Positions 49,410 through 59,909 of a stretch of 64,000 bases of DNA are shown here, in pieces. The notes under the pieces are model-generated. The model did not search any database. It was not told the origin of the DNA and saw nothing but the letters and a program-made list of their open reading frames with translations. Source of the stretch: an uncultured Verrucomicrobiae bacterium (GTDB lineage: Bacteria > Verrucomicrobiota > Verrucomicrobiia > Chthoniobacterales > JAFAMB01). Where the stretch lies: assembly GCA_963762565.1 (NCBI GenBank), contig CAVXLD010000012.1:128001-192000 (forward strand). Reading direction: 5' to 3'. The position numbers were made by a program, and so were the translations under genes. How positions within the stretch are numbered: position 1 is the first letter of the stretch; each line of letters begins with the position of its first letter.

Positions 49410-50630
49410 CTATGCTTTCGCTGGCGGTGTACTCTCGATCAGTTCCAGATACGTCGACTCCAGTTTCCGGATTTGGGTTTCCGAGTCGAATTCCCGGGAT
49501 ACGGTCTCGCCAGCGCGCAGGCTAAGATCTATCACGAGTTGCCGGTTTTCGGCCAATTGGTTCATCCAATGATAAACCCCCTCATGATCCCGTTCATCCA
49601 CCAGAATACCATTATGCAGATGCTCGATTGCCTCAGGGATTCCACCGTGACGAGTGGCAATGCTGCATAGGCCTGTTGCCATAGCTTCCAACAGGCTATT
49701 CGGGATCCCTTCGTTGTCGCCGCCGGAGGTAGTCTCACTTGGATGAATGAAGAGATGGCTCTCATAATAGCGCTTTAGGAGCTCCTCCTTGGTGAGAAAG
49801 CCGGTAAATTCAACCCGGCTGCGGATATCGAGCTGTTGCGCCAATTGCTCCAGCGGTTCACGCAACGGGCCGTCGCCGGCGATCACCAACCGTGATTGAG
49901 GCCAGCGTTGCGAAAATCTGGCGTAGGCTTTCAGCGTCACTTCGACTCCCTTCTTCTCGATTAGCCGGCAAGCCTGTAGAAGCTGGAAACCGCCGCTGTC
50001 TGGATAACTTCTGGCTCGGTAACCGAATTCTGAACTTGGTATACCCGTTCTCTGAATTCGGATTTTATCCCGGCTACATCCAGCTGCGATCAGTGATTGT
50101 TGAATTGACTCCGACCTCGCCAACAGTAGATCAGCTGCTTCGAAAACTTGCTGCAACCGGCGCTGACCGGAAGACGTATTGAAGCCGACGGCAACATCCG
50201 CTCCGTGGAAGGAAACAACTATTGGGATCGCTCGTTTCCGAAACAACGGCAGCCAAAAAACTCCGTTATTGCCGAAGTAAATGTGCAGGAGACTGATGTT
50301 GTAGGCACGGATTAACTTCGAGAATGCCGTGCACTCACCGGGCAATGCCAACTGGGGACTACGCAGGATCTGTTTTTGCCAGATCCGTCGAGCCCAGCGG
50401 AGTTTTGAGCGGCGCACCAAATGGACGTTCGAGTACGGAAATTGGTCTGAGTTTTCGCGTTTAAACGCGAACGCGTGAATTTCTGCCCGTTTGGGCCCGA
50501 CCACTTGGCGGTAGACGTGCCACATCTCCGGTTTCAAGAAGGTCGGGCAAAAGATGCCGATGTTCGGGACGTCCAATTGCTCGCGTGTTGCTAAAGGTAA
50601 GGTACCTGTGCCCTGCCCCATAAATACCAT
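49410..50630 (-). CDS. glycosyltransferase family 4 (WcaL-like)
   Basis: SFHGAD, RLIEKKG and EGIPNSLLEAMATG..IATRHGGIPE. Confidence 0.9.
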   Translation of the reverse strand: MVFMGQGTGTLPLATREQLDVPNIGIFCPTFLKPEMWHVYRQVVGPKRAEIHAFAFKRENSDQFPYSNVHLVRRSKLRWARRIWQKQILRSPQLALPGECTAFSKLIRAYNISLLHIYFGNNGVFWLPLFRKRAIPIVVSFHGADVAVGFNTSSGQRRLQQVFEAADLLLARSESIQQSLIAAGCSRDKIRIQRTGIPSSEFGYRARSYPDSGGFQLLQACRLIEKKGVEVTLKAYARFSQRWPQSRLVIAGDGPLREPLEQLAQQLDIRSRVEFTGFLTKEELLKRYYESHLFIHPSETTSGGDNEGIPNSLLEAMATGLCSIATRHGGIPEAIEHLHNGILVDERDHEGVYHWMNQLAENRQLVIDLSLRAGETVSREFDSETQIRKLESTYLELIESTPPAKA

Positions 50631-50728
50631 GGCTTTCGTCCGGCCGCTGCCGGATCAGATGGTTGTTTTTCAAGGCGGTGCGAGCCGCACTGGCACCAAC
50701 GAAGGGCCTGCACCTTGAAATCTGGACA

Positions 50729-50753
50729 TAAAAAGGCCGGCTAAGCCGGCCTT
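50729..50753 (-). terminator. intrinsic terminator
   Basis: Minus strand AAGGCCGGC-TTA-GCCGGCC-TTTTTA, downstream of the 50782-51099 gene. Confidence 0.65.
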
Positions 50754-50781
50754 CCTGATTTTCCAACGTAACGAATCTTGC

Positions 50782-51099
50782 TTAGAACGTAAACGAAAAC
50801 AACTTCCACACGTTCGGTCGTTCTCTCTTGTTATTGAGAGCGTCGATGGGATTGGACAAGATAACCTGTTGGCCGCTTCCATAGCTCGCGGGAGCACCCG
50901 GGTTTAGCAGTTGATACTTTCTTGGGGCTGTAAACCACTTGTGTACCATGCTTGAGTCTGAGCCCTCCTCAACCGCTGGCCTCGGCGGAATCGGTTGAGG
51001 CCTGACTTTCGGCGTCGTTGTAAACTCCTGGGTCTGAGCGAACACCCCGCCAGCGGAAAAACAAAAAAGAATCAACCCTAGCAGGAATCCTTTTTTCAT
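50782..51099 (-). CDS. small secreted hypothetical protein
   Basis: Signal peptide MKKGFLLGLILF...VFA; followed by a terminator. Confidence 0.65.
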   Translation of the reverse strand: MKKGFLLGLILFCFSAGGVFAQTQEFTTTPKVRPQPIPPRPAVEEGSDSSMVHKWFTAPRKYQLLNPGAPASYGSGQQVILSNPIDALNNKRERPNVWKLFSFTF

Positions 51100-51282
51100 A
51101 TGCGCCTCTGTTTCTTATTTCTCACGAAAAATGCCGCGATTTGCTCCACAACGTAACCCTTCTTTGGCGATTTACTAGCACCATCACGTAATACTTAGGT
51201 GTTATTGGCTACTCGCTTCGTTTGGCGCCGCAAGCCGATCGATTGCGTTCTGCAATGCATGAGGTGGTCCAGGTATCCCAGC

Positions 51283-51981
51283 TCACCGTTGCTTTGCCCA
51301 ATCCGGCATCTTGTAACCTCGGTGGATCAGGTCGAAGACGGTGAACGACTGTACCTTAGGGGTTTCACGGATCTTTCGATTGGGACCGAAAAAGAAGTCA
51401 TAAGTTTCTTTTTGGGCGGGGTCATCTCGATCCAACGGGCCTGCACTCTGTTGAACCAAGGTCCCATTGTCCACGTAGTAGTACTCCAGGTCGCTCAATA
51501 GATTGGATTGATCACGATCCTTATTGTCCAGCTCGAGACTATACCCCTGAACAAGCCCTTGCCGTTGGAGCTCCGGTATTTCACCGACGTAGATGTTGTC
51601 AAAATCGATCAAAACGTCTGAGTCCGGCGGCGTCATCCGGCGATAGCCGTCTCCGTCCTTTTGATAACCCGCCCAGAGCCATGTGTTCGGCCCCGATTTT
51701 CGATACCAGGTTCCTACGAAAATATCCGGGGTGCCGTCTCCGCCGATATCCACCGAGACTGTTTTGACAATCCACAATCCGCCTGTGTTCTGGATCCTGT
51801 CAGGTACGTTCATCGTGAGGTAATCGGCAATTGGGTCTTTTATGTCTTGCCCGTTCGCGAACGTGCACACCCAGATGCTTAGGCAGGCTGATAGAACACG
51901 AGTGAGAGAAATGAATTGGTGATGAGGCATCCGTTCCATAAGAAGGTAAAAAAAGCGAAATAGGGTTGTACGGTCACTCAC
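51283..51981 (-). CDS. secreted hypothetical protein
   Basis: Signal-like segment and a DIGGDGTPD Ca-binding-like loop; start may be later. Confidence 0.65.
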   Translation of the reverse strand: MSDRTTLFRFFYLLMERMPHHQFISLTRVLSACLSIWVCTFANGQDIKDPIADYLTMNVPDRIQNTGGLWIVKTVSVDIGGDGTPDIFVGTWYRKSGPNTWLWAGYQKDGDGYRRMTPPDSDVLIDFDNIYVGEIPELQRQGLVQGYSLELDNKDRDQSNLLSDLEYYYVDNGTLVQQSAGPLDRDDPAQKETYDFFFGPNRKIRETPKVQSFTVFDLIHRGYKMPDWAKQR

Positions 51982-52088
51982 ATAAGTCCCATAGGTCTTA
52001 TACGTCCCATCCGTTCAACCGTCCCGCGCGCCCCCAGTAGGAAACCTGGTCCACCTCCCGTTTGCCGCCCCTCCTGGCTCCTGGGTCT

Positions 52089-52889
52089 TCAGGGTCTGAC
52101 CACCCGTACCCGGTATCCGCCGGACTTCTCGTCTGCCTCTAATTTAAGCAGCCCCCGCTTTTGGCCCTCTAACAGCAGATCATTGAACGAACGGAAGCCA
52201 AAGGCGCGTTCGTTGAATCCGGGGCTTCTGCGTTTGATTGCCTGCTTGATCATCGAGCCCCATATATCGTCCTCTTCTTCGCGTTCCTCGGTAATGGCTT
52301 CTAACGTCTGGACAACTAGCTCGATCGCTTTCGCAACAGTCAAACCTTTGCTTTCGGCTGATTTAGCGTCCGAAACAGTGGCCGTGCTCCGCCCTGTTGC
52401 CTTCGAAGGGGCAACGCGAACCAAATCGTCGTAGTAAATGAATTGGTCGCAATTGTTGATAAAAAGATCCGAGGACGATTTTTTAACGCCCACGCCGATG
52501 ACGGTCTTGGCATTTTCCCGGAGCTTGCTGACCAACGGTGAAAAGTCGGAGTCGCCGCTGATAATGACGAAGGTGTCGACGTGACCCTTGGTGTAACAAA
52601 GATCGAGTGCATCAACCACCATTCTGATGTCGGCTGAGTTTTTGCCTGACTGCCGTAGATGCGGGATCTCGATGAGTTCGAAAGCGGTTTCGTGTAAGCC
52701 GCGCTTAAAGTCCTTGTAGCGATCAAAGTCGCAGTAAGCTTTTTTCACGACGATATGTCCCTTAAGCAGAAGACGTTCGACCACCTTCTTGATGTCAAAG
52801 GCGGGGTAATGCGCTTCTTGCGCACCCAGGGCGATATTTTCTAAGTCCAGGAACACCGCCATCGTCGCATTCGAATCATCGGTGTTCAT
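52089..52889 (-). CDS. NYN (LabA/DUF88 PIN-like) domain protein with C-terminal OST-HTH/LOTUS domain
   Basis: FLDLEN, KNSADIRMVVDA, SGDSDF and C-terminal PGFNERAFGFRSF. Confidence 0.88.
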   Translation of the reverse strand: MNTDDSNATMAVFLDLENIALGAQEAHYPAFDIKKVVERLLLKGHIVVKKAYCDFDRYKDFKRGLHETAFELIEIPHLRQSGKNSADIRMVVDALDLCYTKGHVDTFVIISGDSDFSPLVSKLRENAKTVIGVGVKKSSSDLFINNCDQFIYYDDLVRVAPSKATGRSTATVSDAKSAESKGLTVAKAIELVVQTLEAITEEREEEDDIWGSMIKQAIKRRSPGFNERAFGFRSFNDLLLEGQKRGLLKLEADEKSGGYRVRVVRP

Positions 52890-53061
52890 TTATCTATGAA
52901 AGCGATGGAGGGCGGAGAAATCAACCATTGGTTTTTGCGGGAACAGCCAGCGATCCTTCCCGTGGCGCGGTCTATCTACGTGCTCGGATATAGAACCATC
53001 GGCTACCCCTGCTTCCCTGAATCCCGCTTTTCAGAGGCGAAATTCTCGCTTAAAGGACTGA

Positions 53062-54978
53062 ATGCTCTATTCGAAACTTGCGACCGCCTCGCGTCGCGTA
53101 GAAGCTTTGCTTGTCGTTAGCCTTTTTTGCCTGACTTGCCCAACTTTCGCGGATCAGGCCAAAAAGGAAGTGCACAGCCAAGCTGATCTCCCCCGGGTTT
53201 CTTATCCATTTAAAGGGGCAATCAGTACCTTGCTGCAAGCGGATGACTCGACCTTCGATTCCACGACGAGCCAGGCAATAGCTGAAATCGATTCGCTTTT
53301 AGCCGAATACGATATCCAGGACAACGCAACCCTGATTGAAATACTAACCGCCAAGCTTTCTGTGCAAGAATTGAAAAGAGACGCGGCCGGAGGCCTGGAG
53401 ACTATCGCTAAGCTTCGCGAGCTGCAGTCAAAGCCTGATCTCAAGCTGACCGTAGGATTATTTGATGAGGCGATTCTTAAAGCGCAGCAAAGCGTTTCGA
53501 GCACCCAAGGTGATGAGTACCAAAAGAAAGTAAAGTCGAATTATCAGGAAGCAGTAAATGCGCTCCCTTGGGATACGGTCCAGGACGTCATGAAATCTGC
53601 CCGTAGCATGTCCGGATTGATTTCCGAACCATTGATTTTGGGTCGAGCTGAACGTGATATCCAGCCACAGATCGACCAATCCGGGGCGATTCCGCGGGAC
53701 GCGATGTATCAAGTATTGGAATACCGGGCAGACCTGCGAACAAAACTGCCGCTAAAATCTGTACGGGTAAGTGTGTTGAAGAGTTATGTAGCGGCACACG
53801 ACACAGAAAAACCCGATATTTGGGCAGCTCGTGACGTCACCCTGGCTAGCAGTGATCGTCCGCAAAAGGTGTTAGTTGGAGTATGGGATACCGGCGTCGA
53901 TCCCACCGTCTATCCAGGAAAAACTTATACCTATGCTAACCCTGGTCCTTATCCTGCCCAGGGCCTTGCCTTCACCGATGACGGCTATCCTTCTAATTCT
54001 GCGCTTTATCCGCTGACGCCTGAGAGAAAGAAACAATATCCGGAGGCGTCAGACAGCCTGGAAGCGCGAGCCGATCTGCAGGCCGGTATTGAAACTCCGG
54101 TTACCGATACATTCAAAGAGCGGTTAGCGAAGATGTCGTCGGACGATGTGAAATCGTTGTTTGAGCAACAATCCTTCTTTGGAGGCTTTGCTCATGGTAC
54201 CCATGTCGCTGGCATCGCCTTAAGGGGGAACCCGGCAGCCAAACTGGTTGTATTCCGGTTCAATGACAATCTAAGTGATGAATTGCATTTTCCACCGTCA
54301 ACGGACTATGCGCGCCGGATGGCAGCAAATTTCAAATTGATCGGCGAATTTTGTGCTCAGCATAAGGTGCGGGTGGTGAACTTAAGTTGGGGCGATCAGC
54401 CGTCCGAATTCGAGGAGTGGCTTTCCCGGACGAAAGCGAATCAGACCCCTGAGGAGCGTAAACAAGAGGCCCTGGCCCTGTTCGCCATCTGGAAACAAGC
54501 GATTATCGATGCTATGCAGGCAGCTCCGGGTACCCTGTTTGTCACTGCGGCGGGGAATTCTGATAGCGATGCCGGATTCCTGGAGGATGTGCCGGCGTCT
54601 TTGGAGCTTCCCAATCTGATCACAGTCGGGGCGACCAACCAAGCTGGCGACGCCACGAGCTTTACTAGTTACGGGAAGACCGTGGTGGTTTACGCGAGCG
54701 GTTATCATGTGGAGAGCTTTATCCCTGGTGGCAAGAAAGTGAGACTGTCAGGGACCTCGATGGCCGCACCCCAGGTAACCAACCTCGCCGGCAAACTGTT
54801 TGCGGTTGACCCGGCGCTCACTCCGGAGAAGGCGAAAGAGTTGATTCTCGCCGGCGCCACCCTGAGCGACGATGGTAAACGGAAATTGATCGACGAAAAG
54901 CGAACGTTAGAACTGGTCAAAGAGAAGAGGACGACAGCCAAGACGGGTGAGGAAACAAAGGGAACTGGAGGAAGTTAG
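53062..54978 (+). CDS. secreted subtilisin-like S8 serine protease
   Basis: Triad motifs WDTGVD, HGTHVAG and GTSMAAP; AAGN oxyanion motif; signal peptide. Confidence 0.92.
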   Translation: MLYSKLATASRRVEALLVVSLFCLTCPTFADQAKKEVHSQADLPRVSYPFKGAISTLLQADDSTFDSTTSQAIAEIDSLLAEYDIQDNATLIEILTAKLSVQELKRDAAGGLETIAKLRELQSKPDLKLTVGLFDEAILKAQQSVSSTQGDEYQKKVKSNYQEAVNALPWDTVQDVMKSARSMSGLISEPLILGRAERDIQPQIDQSGAIPRDAMYQVLEYRADLRTKLPLKSVRVSVLKSYVAAHDTEKPDIWAARDVTLASSDRPQKVLVGVWDTGVDPTVYPGKTYTYANPGPYPAQGLAFTDDGYPSNSALYPLTPERKKQYPEASDSLEARADLQAGIETPVTDTFKERLAKMSSDDVKSLFEQQSFFGGFAHGTHVAGIALRGNPAAKLVVFRFNDNLSDELHFPPSTDYARRMAANFKLIGEFCAQHKVRVVNLSWGDQPSEFEEWLSRTKANQTPEERKQEALALFAIWKQAIIDAMQAAPGTLFVTAAGNSDSDAGFLEDVPASLELPNLITVGATNQAGDATSFTSYGKTVVVYASGYHVESFIPGGKKVRLSGTSMAAPQVTNLAGKLFAVDPALTPEKAKELILAGATLSDDGKRKLIDEKRTLELVKEKRTTAKTGEETKGTGGS

Positions 54979-55003
54979 GTGAACGGTAGGTAGCCCGGGC
55001 GAA

Positions 55004-55284
55004 CTGGAGGGGAGCCGCTTTCGCCCGTTCCGACTCGAGCGCGCAGATTTAGCGGACAGCGAGTACCCAGACGGAAACCGTTTTTTACAGGCGGCTCCCG
55101 GGAACGGCTGCTGGCGAGAATTCACCCGCGGCGTTGCTCGATTTAAGACGACGTTCGCCGTTGCCATATCAGGAGATGTTTCCGGGAGCCGCCTGCTCAT
55201 TACATTTAGATGCGGTGTCTCCAGATTTGGTTCCTCCGTTCTTGCGGCGAGGCCTGGCACCACACAAAAGCGGCTCCCCTCCAG
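55004..55284. repeat. family C REPIN-like element with ~70-nt inserts in both arms
   Basis: CTGGAGGGGAGCCGCTTT[66]CAGGCGGCTCCCGGGAAC ... TTTCCGGGAGCCGCCTG[71]AAAGCGGCTCCCCTCCAG. Confidence 0.8.
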
Positions 55285-55387
55285 GCCAAAATCTAGCGGC
55301 CCCGAAATACTCCGGGGTAAACGGTAAACGCTTCGCGCCTTTGCAGAGCCCCTTGCTATTTGTCATCTGTTATCTGTCATTCTTCCG

Positions 55388-55993
55388 ATGAGCGGAACAG
55401 AGAATGAAGAACGGGCTTTCCAGGAGGCAATCCGCCGTTTCGAAGAGGCCAACAATGCTGACCCGAACACCGTCATCATTGATGAGAGACCGGTTCCGTA
55501 CGAACTCTTCTACGCTCAACGCCTGACAGAATGGGTCGAACGGCTATCGCCAGGTGCGTCTCCGGCCCTGCTTTTAGCTGCACGTTGCCAACACATCTGT
55601 CGCTGGATGATTCCACGCAGCTCTTACCCAATGACCCGAGCCGGCTATCTGAAGTGGAGAACCGACTTGAAACAGTTCCATGCCCAGAAGTCAGGGCAGA
55701 TTCTGACCGAAAGCGGCTGTTCCCCGGATTTAATTGCCCGGGTGCAAGAACTCAATTTAAAAAAGAACTTAGGTCAAGATCCCGAGTTACAGGTTCTCGA
55801 AGACGCTCTTTGTTTGGTTACCCTTCAATATCAACTAACCGATCTCGTCAGGAAAACTGACCCGGAGAAGATGGTTAGCATTTTGCAAAAGACCTGGAAA
55901 AAGATGTCCGCTCAAGCCCGCGATGAGGCGCTCCGATTGCCATACTCAGAGGATCAGCGCAGCCTTTTGTCAAAAGCGTTGTCCGCGGTTTAG
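55388..55993 (+). CDS. DUF4202 domain protein
   Basis: AN..DP, P.EL.YA.RL..W, LAARCQH..RW.IPR..YP..R.GY..WR and KTWKKMS. Confidence 0.85.
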   Translation: MSGTENEERAFQEAIRRFEEANNADPNTVIIDERPVPYELFYAQRLTEWVERLSPGASPALLLAARCQHICRWMIPRSSYPMTRAGYLKWRTDLKQFHAQKSGQILTESGCSPDLIARVQELNLKKNLGQDPELQVLEDALCLVTLQYQLTDLVRKTDPEKMVSILQKTWKKMSAQARDEALRLPYSEDQRSLLSKALSAV

Positions 55994-56004
55994 GCTTCGT
56001 TAGC

Positions 56005-57103
56005 CCTCAAGGGAGGCAGGAAGGTGGAGGCGTGAAGGACGGAAAGAAGGAACAACAACTCTCGAGAGTGCCACAAGGGGCTCAACAGGGGTCGAATTCA
56101 GGCTTGCTGGGGCTGGTGGAACCGGAAGTCTGGACTGAACGCATGTTGGCAACCCTGGAAACGGGGATTGAAGGAGGCAAATGGTCCGACTAATTTATTA
56201 CAGCCTTGGCGTCACAGACCTCCCAGGGCAAGATCAATCAAAAGTGTGCCGATGGCAGAATCACTCGGAAAAGATCTCAGAGGGTTATTCGAATCGCCAA
56301 ACACCAGGAGATCCGATCCTGAAGCTGCAGCGGAGCTAAGGGTCTTTCAGTACTCGCCTTTGGCCGTCAAACGGTATGCATTCTCAAGGGCTGCCAAGAG
56401 AAACCCGATAGGATTTACGGTGACGGTCAGAGATCGGATCCGTACCTTGGTTAGCATGATCCAAGTCACTGAACCGCTCTTCGAACGGGAGTTCGCACAG
56501 CAGAGCTACGGCTGCCGTTCTGGGAAAGGGTGTAAAGAGGCACTACGCCGAGTAGAAGAGCTTTCTAAGTAGCGGCAGAACTGGGTATAGATGCCGTTCT
56601 GAAAAGCTACTTTGGGACCATACCGCATGAGGGGCTGATGGAACGAGTCGGAGAGAAAATCGCCGACTCCAGAGTACTGAAGCTGATCAAGGCTATGCTA
56701 CAGGCCGGAGTGATGGACAGCCTGAAAGGATGGCAAGCGACAGAACAAGGCAGCCCGCAAGGAGCAGTAATCAGTCCGCTCTTATCAAACATCTACCTTA
56801 ACGGACTGGACTGGAAAATGGAACGAAACGGCTATGAGATGGTGAGGTACGCGGACGACTTCGTCGTGCTGTGTAGGAGCCAAGAACAAGCCCAGGAGGC
56901 CCTAAAACAGATCAGACAGTGGGTAGAGGTAAACGGACTGAATCTGTACCCGAGCAAAACTTGGTTAGTAGATGCTTGCCAAAGAGGAGGGTTGGAGATC
57001 TTGGGTTAAAACTTTGAAAAGGGAAAGAAATGGCCACGCAAAAAGAGCCTAGATAAACTCAAAGACACCATAAGGAGCAAAACCTGTCGCACCAGCGGCA
57101 GGA
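56005..57103 (+). pseudogene. decayed group II intron remnant (reverse transcriptase/maturase pseudogene)
   Basis: VWTERMLATLE.GIEGGKW, EPLFEREF...SYG, KSYF.TIPH, GSPQGAVISPLLSNIYL, RYADD and PRKKSL, spread over several frames with stops and deletions. Confidence 0.88.
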
Positions 57104-57378
57104 CCAATTGGGGCAGCGTGGGTTTTTTTGGACCGCTGACCGTACATCCGGACTTTTGGGATCGCGGCGTTGCCAAACGGCTGCTCGAACCAGCGATGGA
57201 ACTCTTCACCAAATGGGTTACGACCCATGAAGGTCTATATACCTTCGCCGCCAGTCCTAAGCATGTCGCTCTGTATCAAAAATTTGGATTCTTTCCGCGT
57301 TTTCTCACCGCGGTTATGTCGAAGCCAGTCGACTCGGGCCCTTACTTGAGATCCTCCGCAACTTTCCTTGGCGATTGA
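57104..57378 (+). pseudogene. internal fragment of a GNAT-family acetyltransferase
   Basis: NWGSVGFFGPLTVHPDFWDRGVAKRLL...LYQKFGF; no N-terminus, abuts the RT remnant. Confidence 0.7.
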
Positions 57379-58379
57379 TTGTTCTCGATCAGATAAAGTC
57401 CGGTTTCCTCTGATCCTTTCGGCGAACCTCGGTAAAAGACCTTTTTCCCAGATGCGCTGATACAGAGCAGCGATTCTGACCGGTTCTCGGCGTAAAATTG
57501 AGCTGAAGCGAGTTCGGCTTTGTACAAGTCCAGTCGTTTATCCAGTTCAAAATAGGAATCATCCGCCGCGTTTTGATCGGACGATACCATACCCACCTTG
57601 GGATCCGGAGCGGCGACACTCAGAATTGTGCCGAACCCGCTTCCGCCCAACCTTAAACTTTGCAGATAAATCCGGTCAGGCCCGGCTGCCGTCACTTGCA
57701 CGCCTTGGCCGCTGGGTGTGGCGTCATCGGTCTCAAGAGTGGCGAGGGGAGCGATCCGGATCGCATTCAAATAATACATATGTACCGTTCCCTTCCCGCG
57801 AAGTTCTTCTGGCTCGAGAACGATGCTGCCGCACCACAGATCACCTCGATACCCGAAAAAGAGTTGCCCCCTCGGGGAGAAGCTCATCCCTTCCAAGGAG
57901 TCTACTCTGCGGACAAAGACCGCAATTGGGCGTTTCTCATCTTTGGGGAGGAACCATAGGTTGGTGTTTTCCCCTGACGTAGTAAAAAAAACGATGGAGC
58001 CATTCGTGGGATTGTACGCGAAATCCTCTGGTTTCCATTTCTCGGGAGTTCCGTCGGCCGAGAGCTTTTTCTGAAAAGAGAAAACTAAGACCGCTTTGTT
58101 GGCGGTTGCGTCATATGCGAGCAGGTCGTCGCCCTGAAGAACCAAAATGTTTCCGGTGTTCGACCGGCCAAGGCCGGTAATCTGACCCTGATGAATCTCC
58201 TTGGGCAGAGTAGGCTTGTTTGATTTGCCCGAGGCGAGATCGAGCTGCAGCAGCTGCTTATCATCATTTATCAGATAGACCGAGGCTTCCTCTTGGGAAA
58301 AGACGGCCGATGCTGCTATGGCCGGCCTGGACGGGAGGAAGACGCCGATTAGCAACAAAATTTTGCTAAGAGTCTCCAC
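57342..58379 (-). CDS. secreted hypothetical protein (beta-propeller-like)
   Basis: 345-aa ORF, GTG start, signal-like N-terminus, beta-strand-rich. Confidence 0.65.
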   Translation of the reverse strand: METLSKILLLIGVFLPSRPAIAASAVFSQEEASVYLINDDKQLLQLDLASGKSNKPTLPKEIHQGQITGLGRSNTGNILVLQGDDLLAYDATANKAVLVFSFQKKLSADGTPEKWKPEDFAYNPTNGSIVFFTTSGENTNLWFLPKDEKRPIAVFVRRVDSLEGMSFSPRGQLFFGYRGDLWCGSIVLEPEELRGKGTVHMYYLNAIRIAPLATLETDDATPSGQGVQVTAAGPDRIYLQSLRLGGSGFGTILSVAAPDPKVGMVSSDQNAADDSYFELDKRLDLYKAELASAQFYAENRSESLLCISASGKKVFYRGSPKGSEETGLYLIENNQSPRKVAEDLK

Positions 58380-58432
58380 AAATTAGACTTCTCGCGTCCC
58401 AGGGCCCTCACGCCCGCCTTAATCGAAAACGC

Positions 58433-59560
58433 TTAACGGATAACCTTTTGGGTTTCGGGGTCGAACAAAGTCACTTTGTCGGCGGCAAGCTGCACCGTCA
58501 GTTTCTGACCTAAATGGTAGAGATGTTCGCCTTGGATTCGAGCAATCAGATAGCCGGTACCTGACTTCAGATACACGATCGACTCAGAACCCATCGGTTC
58601 CGCGATATCCACCGTTGAAGTTAATGGGATGCTCGGACCTGCCTTTGCCGATTCGCTGATGTTCTCAGGCCGGATCCCGAACACGATGTTTTTATCAACG
58701 TAATTGCTCGCCAGGGATTGGATCGCGCCGGTTAGAGGCGCCACTAAACCATCTTTCTCCGCGTTCTCGACGAAATAAATGCCGTCCGCCCGCTTCTGGA
58801 CCTTACCCTGGAGCAAGTTCATGGGCGGGCTACCGATGAAGCTGGCGACAAACATATTTTCCGGCTTCATGTAAAGCGTGAGCGGATCGGCCACCTGCAT
58901 AATGATGCCGTCTCGCATCACGCAGATCCGATCGCCCATCGTCATCGCTTCGATTTGGTCGTGAGTAACATAGATCATTGTGGTACCCAACTCGGCGTGC
59001 AATCGGGTGATCTCCGAGCGCATCTGCACGCGCATCTTGGCGTCCAAATTTGAAAGCGGTTCGTCAAAAAGAAACACACTGGGATCCCGGACAATCGCTC
59101 GCCCCAGAGCCACCCGTTGGCGTTGACCGCCTGAAAGGGCTTGAGGTTTCCGGTCCATCATATGGTCCAGTTGTAGCGCCTTGGCGGTTCTATTCACCAC
59201 CGTTTTGATCTCGTCTTTTGGCTTCTTCACGACTTCCAGCGCGTACGCCATGTTCTTAAAGAGGTTAAAATGGGGGTACAACGCGTAACTCTGGAAAACC
59301 ATGGCGATTCCCCGGTCTTTAGGTTCGAGGTGGTTCACCACTTTTCCGCCGATAGAAATGGTGCCGCTGGTGACTCTCTCCAGGCCGGCAATCATTCGCA
59401 GGGTAGTCGATTTTCCGCATCCGGAAGGGCCGACTAACACCATGAACTCGCCGTTCTTGATGTCTAAATCGATACCCTTGACGGCGGTGAAGGTCGGGCG
59501 TCCCCGATCATCAGTATAAGTTTTGACCAGATCTTTAATCTCTACGGAGGCTTCGCTCAT
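58433..59560 (-). CDS. sugar ABC transporter ATP-binding protein (MalK/MsmX/UgpC family)
   Basis: [46 protein letters not shown] and FIGSPPMN. Confidence 0.95.
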   Translation of the reverse strand: MSEASVEIKDLVKTYTDDRGRPTFTAVKGIDLDIKNGEFMVLVGPSGCGKSTTLRMIAGLERVTSGTISIGGKVVNHLEPKDRGIAMVFQSYALYPHFNLFKNMAYALEVVKKPKDEIKTVVNRTAKALQLDHMMDRKPQALSGGQRQRVALGRAIVRDPSVFLFDEPLSNLDAKMRVQMRSEITRLHAELGTTMIYVTHDQIEAMTMGDRICVMRDGIIMQVADPLTLYMKPENMFVASFIGSPPMNLLQGKVQKRADGIYFVENAEKDGLVAPLTGAIQSLASNYVDKNIVFGIRPENISESAKAGPSIPLTSTVDIAEPMGSESIVYLKSGTGYLIARIQGEHLYHLGQKLTVQLAADKVTLFDPETQKVIR

Positions 59561-59781
59561 GAGGTGATTTCTGGGGGGGTATAATTTTCTGCCAGGCCGA
59601 CGCTAGACGATACGGCGCCGAGTCACGGAAGCGAGCTTCGGCCATTTTCATTTGGGGGGAAATTGCAGGCGAACCAAGGTGAGAGTACCTCGAATTTAGC
59701 CAGGGCTCACGCAAATTGTTTAGCAAGCCGGAATCAACTTCTTCTCGGGTCTTGACTTGAGCGACGAAGTTGCTTGGCCTT

Positions 59782-59898
59782 GGAGGGATCGCGTCCTCGC
59801 GATCCGCGGTCGGAGCTGACCGCGTTGGTTAACCGGGAAACAATTGCGCCGATGGGTAATGGCACATCTTCGCGGCGCGCGAGGACGCGCGCCCTCCC
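59782..59898 (+). repeat. family A REPIN-like element
   Basis: Canonical arms, 68-nt interior. Confidence 0.85.
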
Positions 59899-59909
59899 GG
59901 GTTTCCTCT

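Noticed and set aside
52089..52889. Toxin-antitoxin or defence role for the NYN protein
   Set aside because: Ordinary stand-alone LabA/DUF88-LOTUS architecture with no partner gene.
56168..57009. Retron, DGR or defence-associated RT
   Set aside because: Motifs are group II intron-like and the gene is fragmented; no msr-msd, TR/VR pair or effector gene seen.
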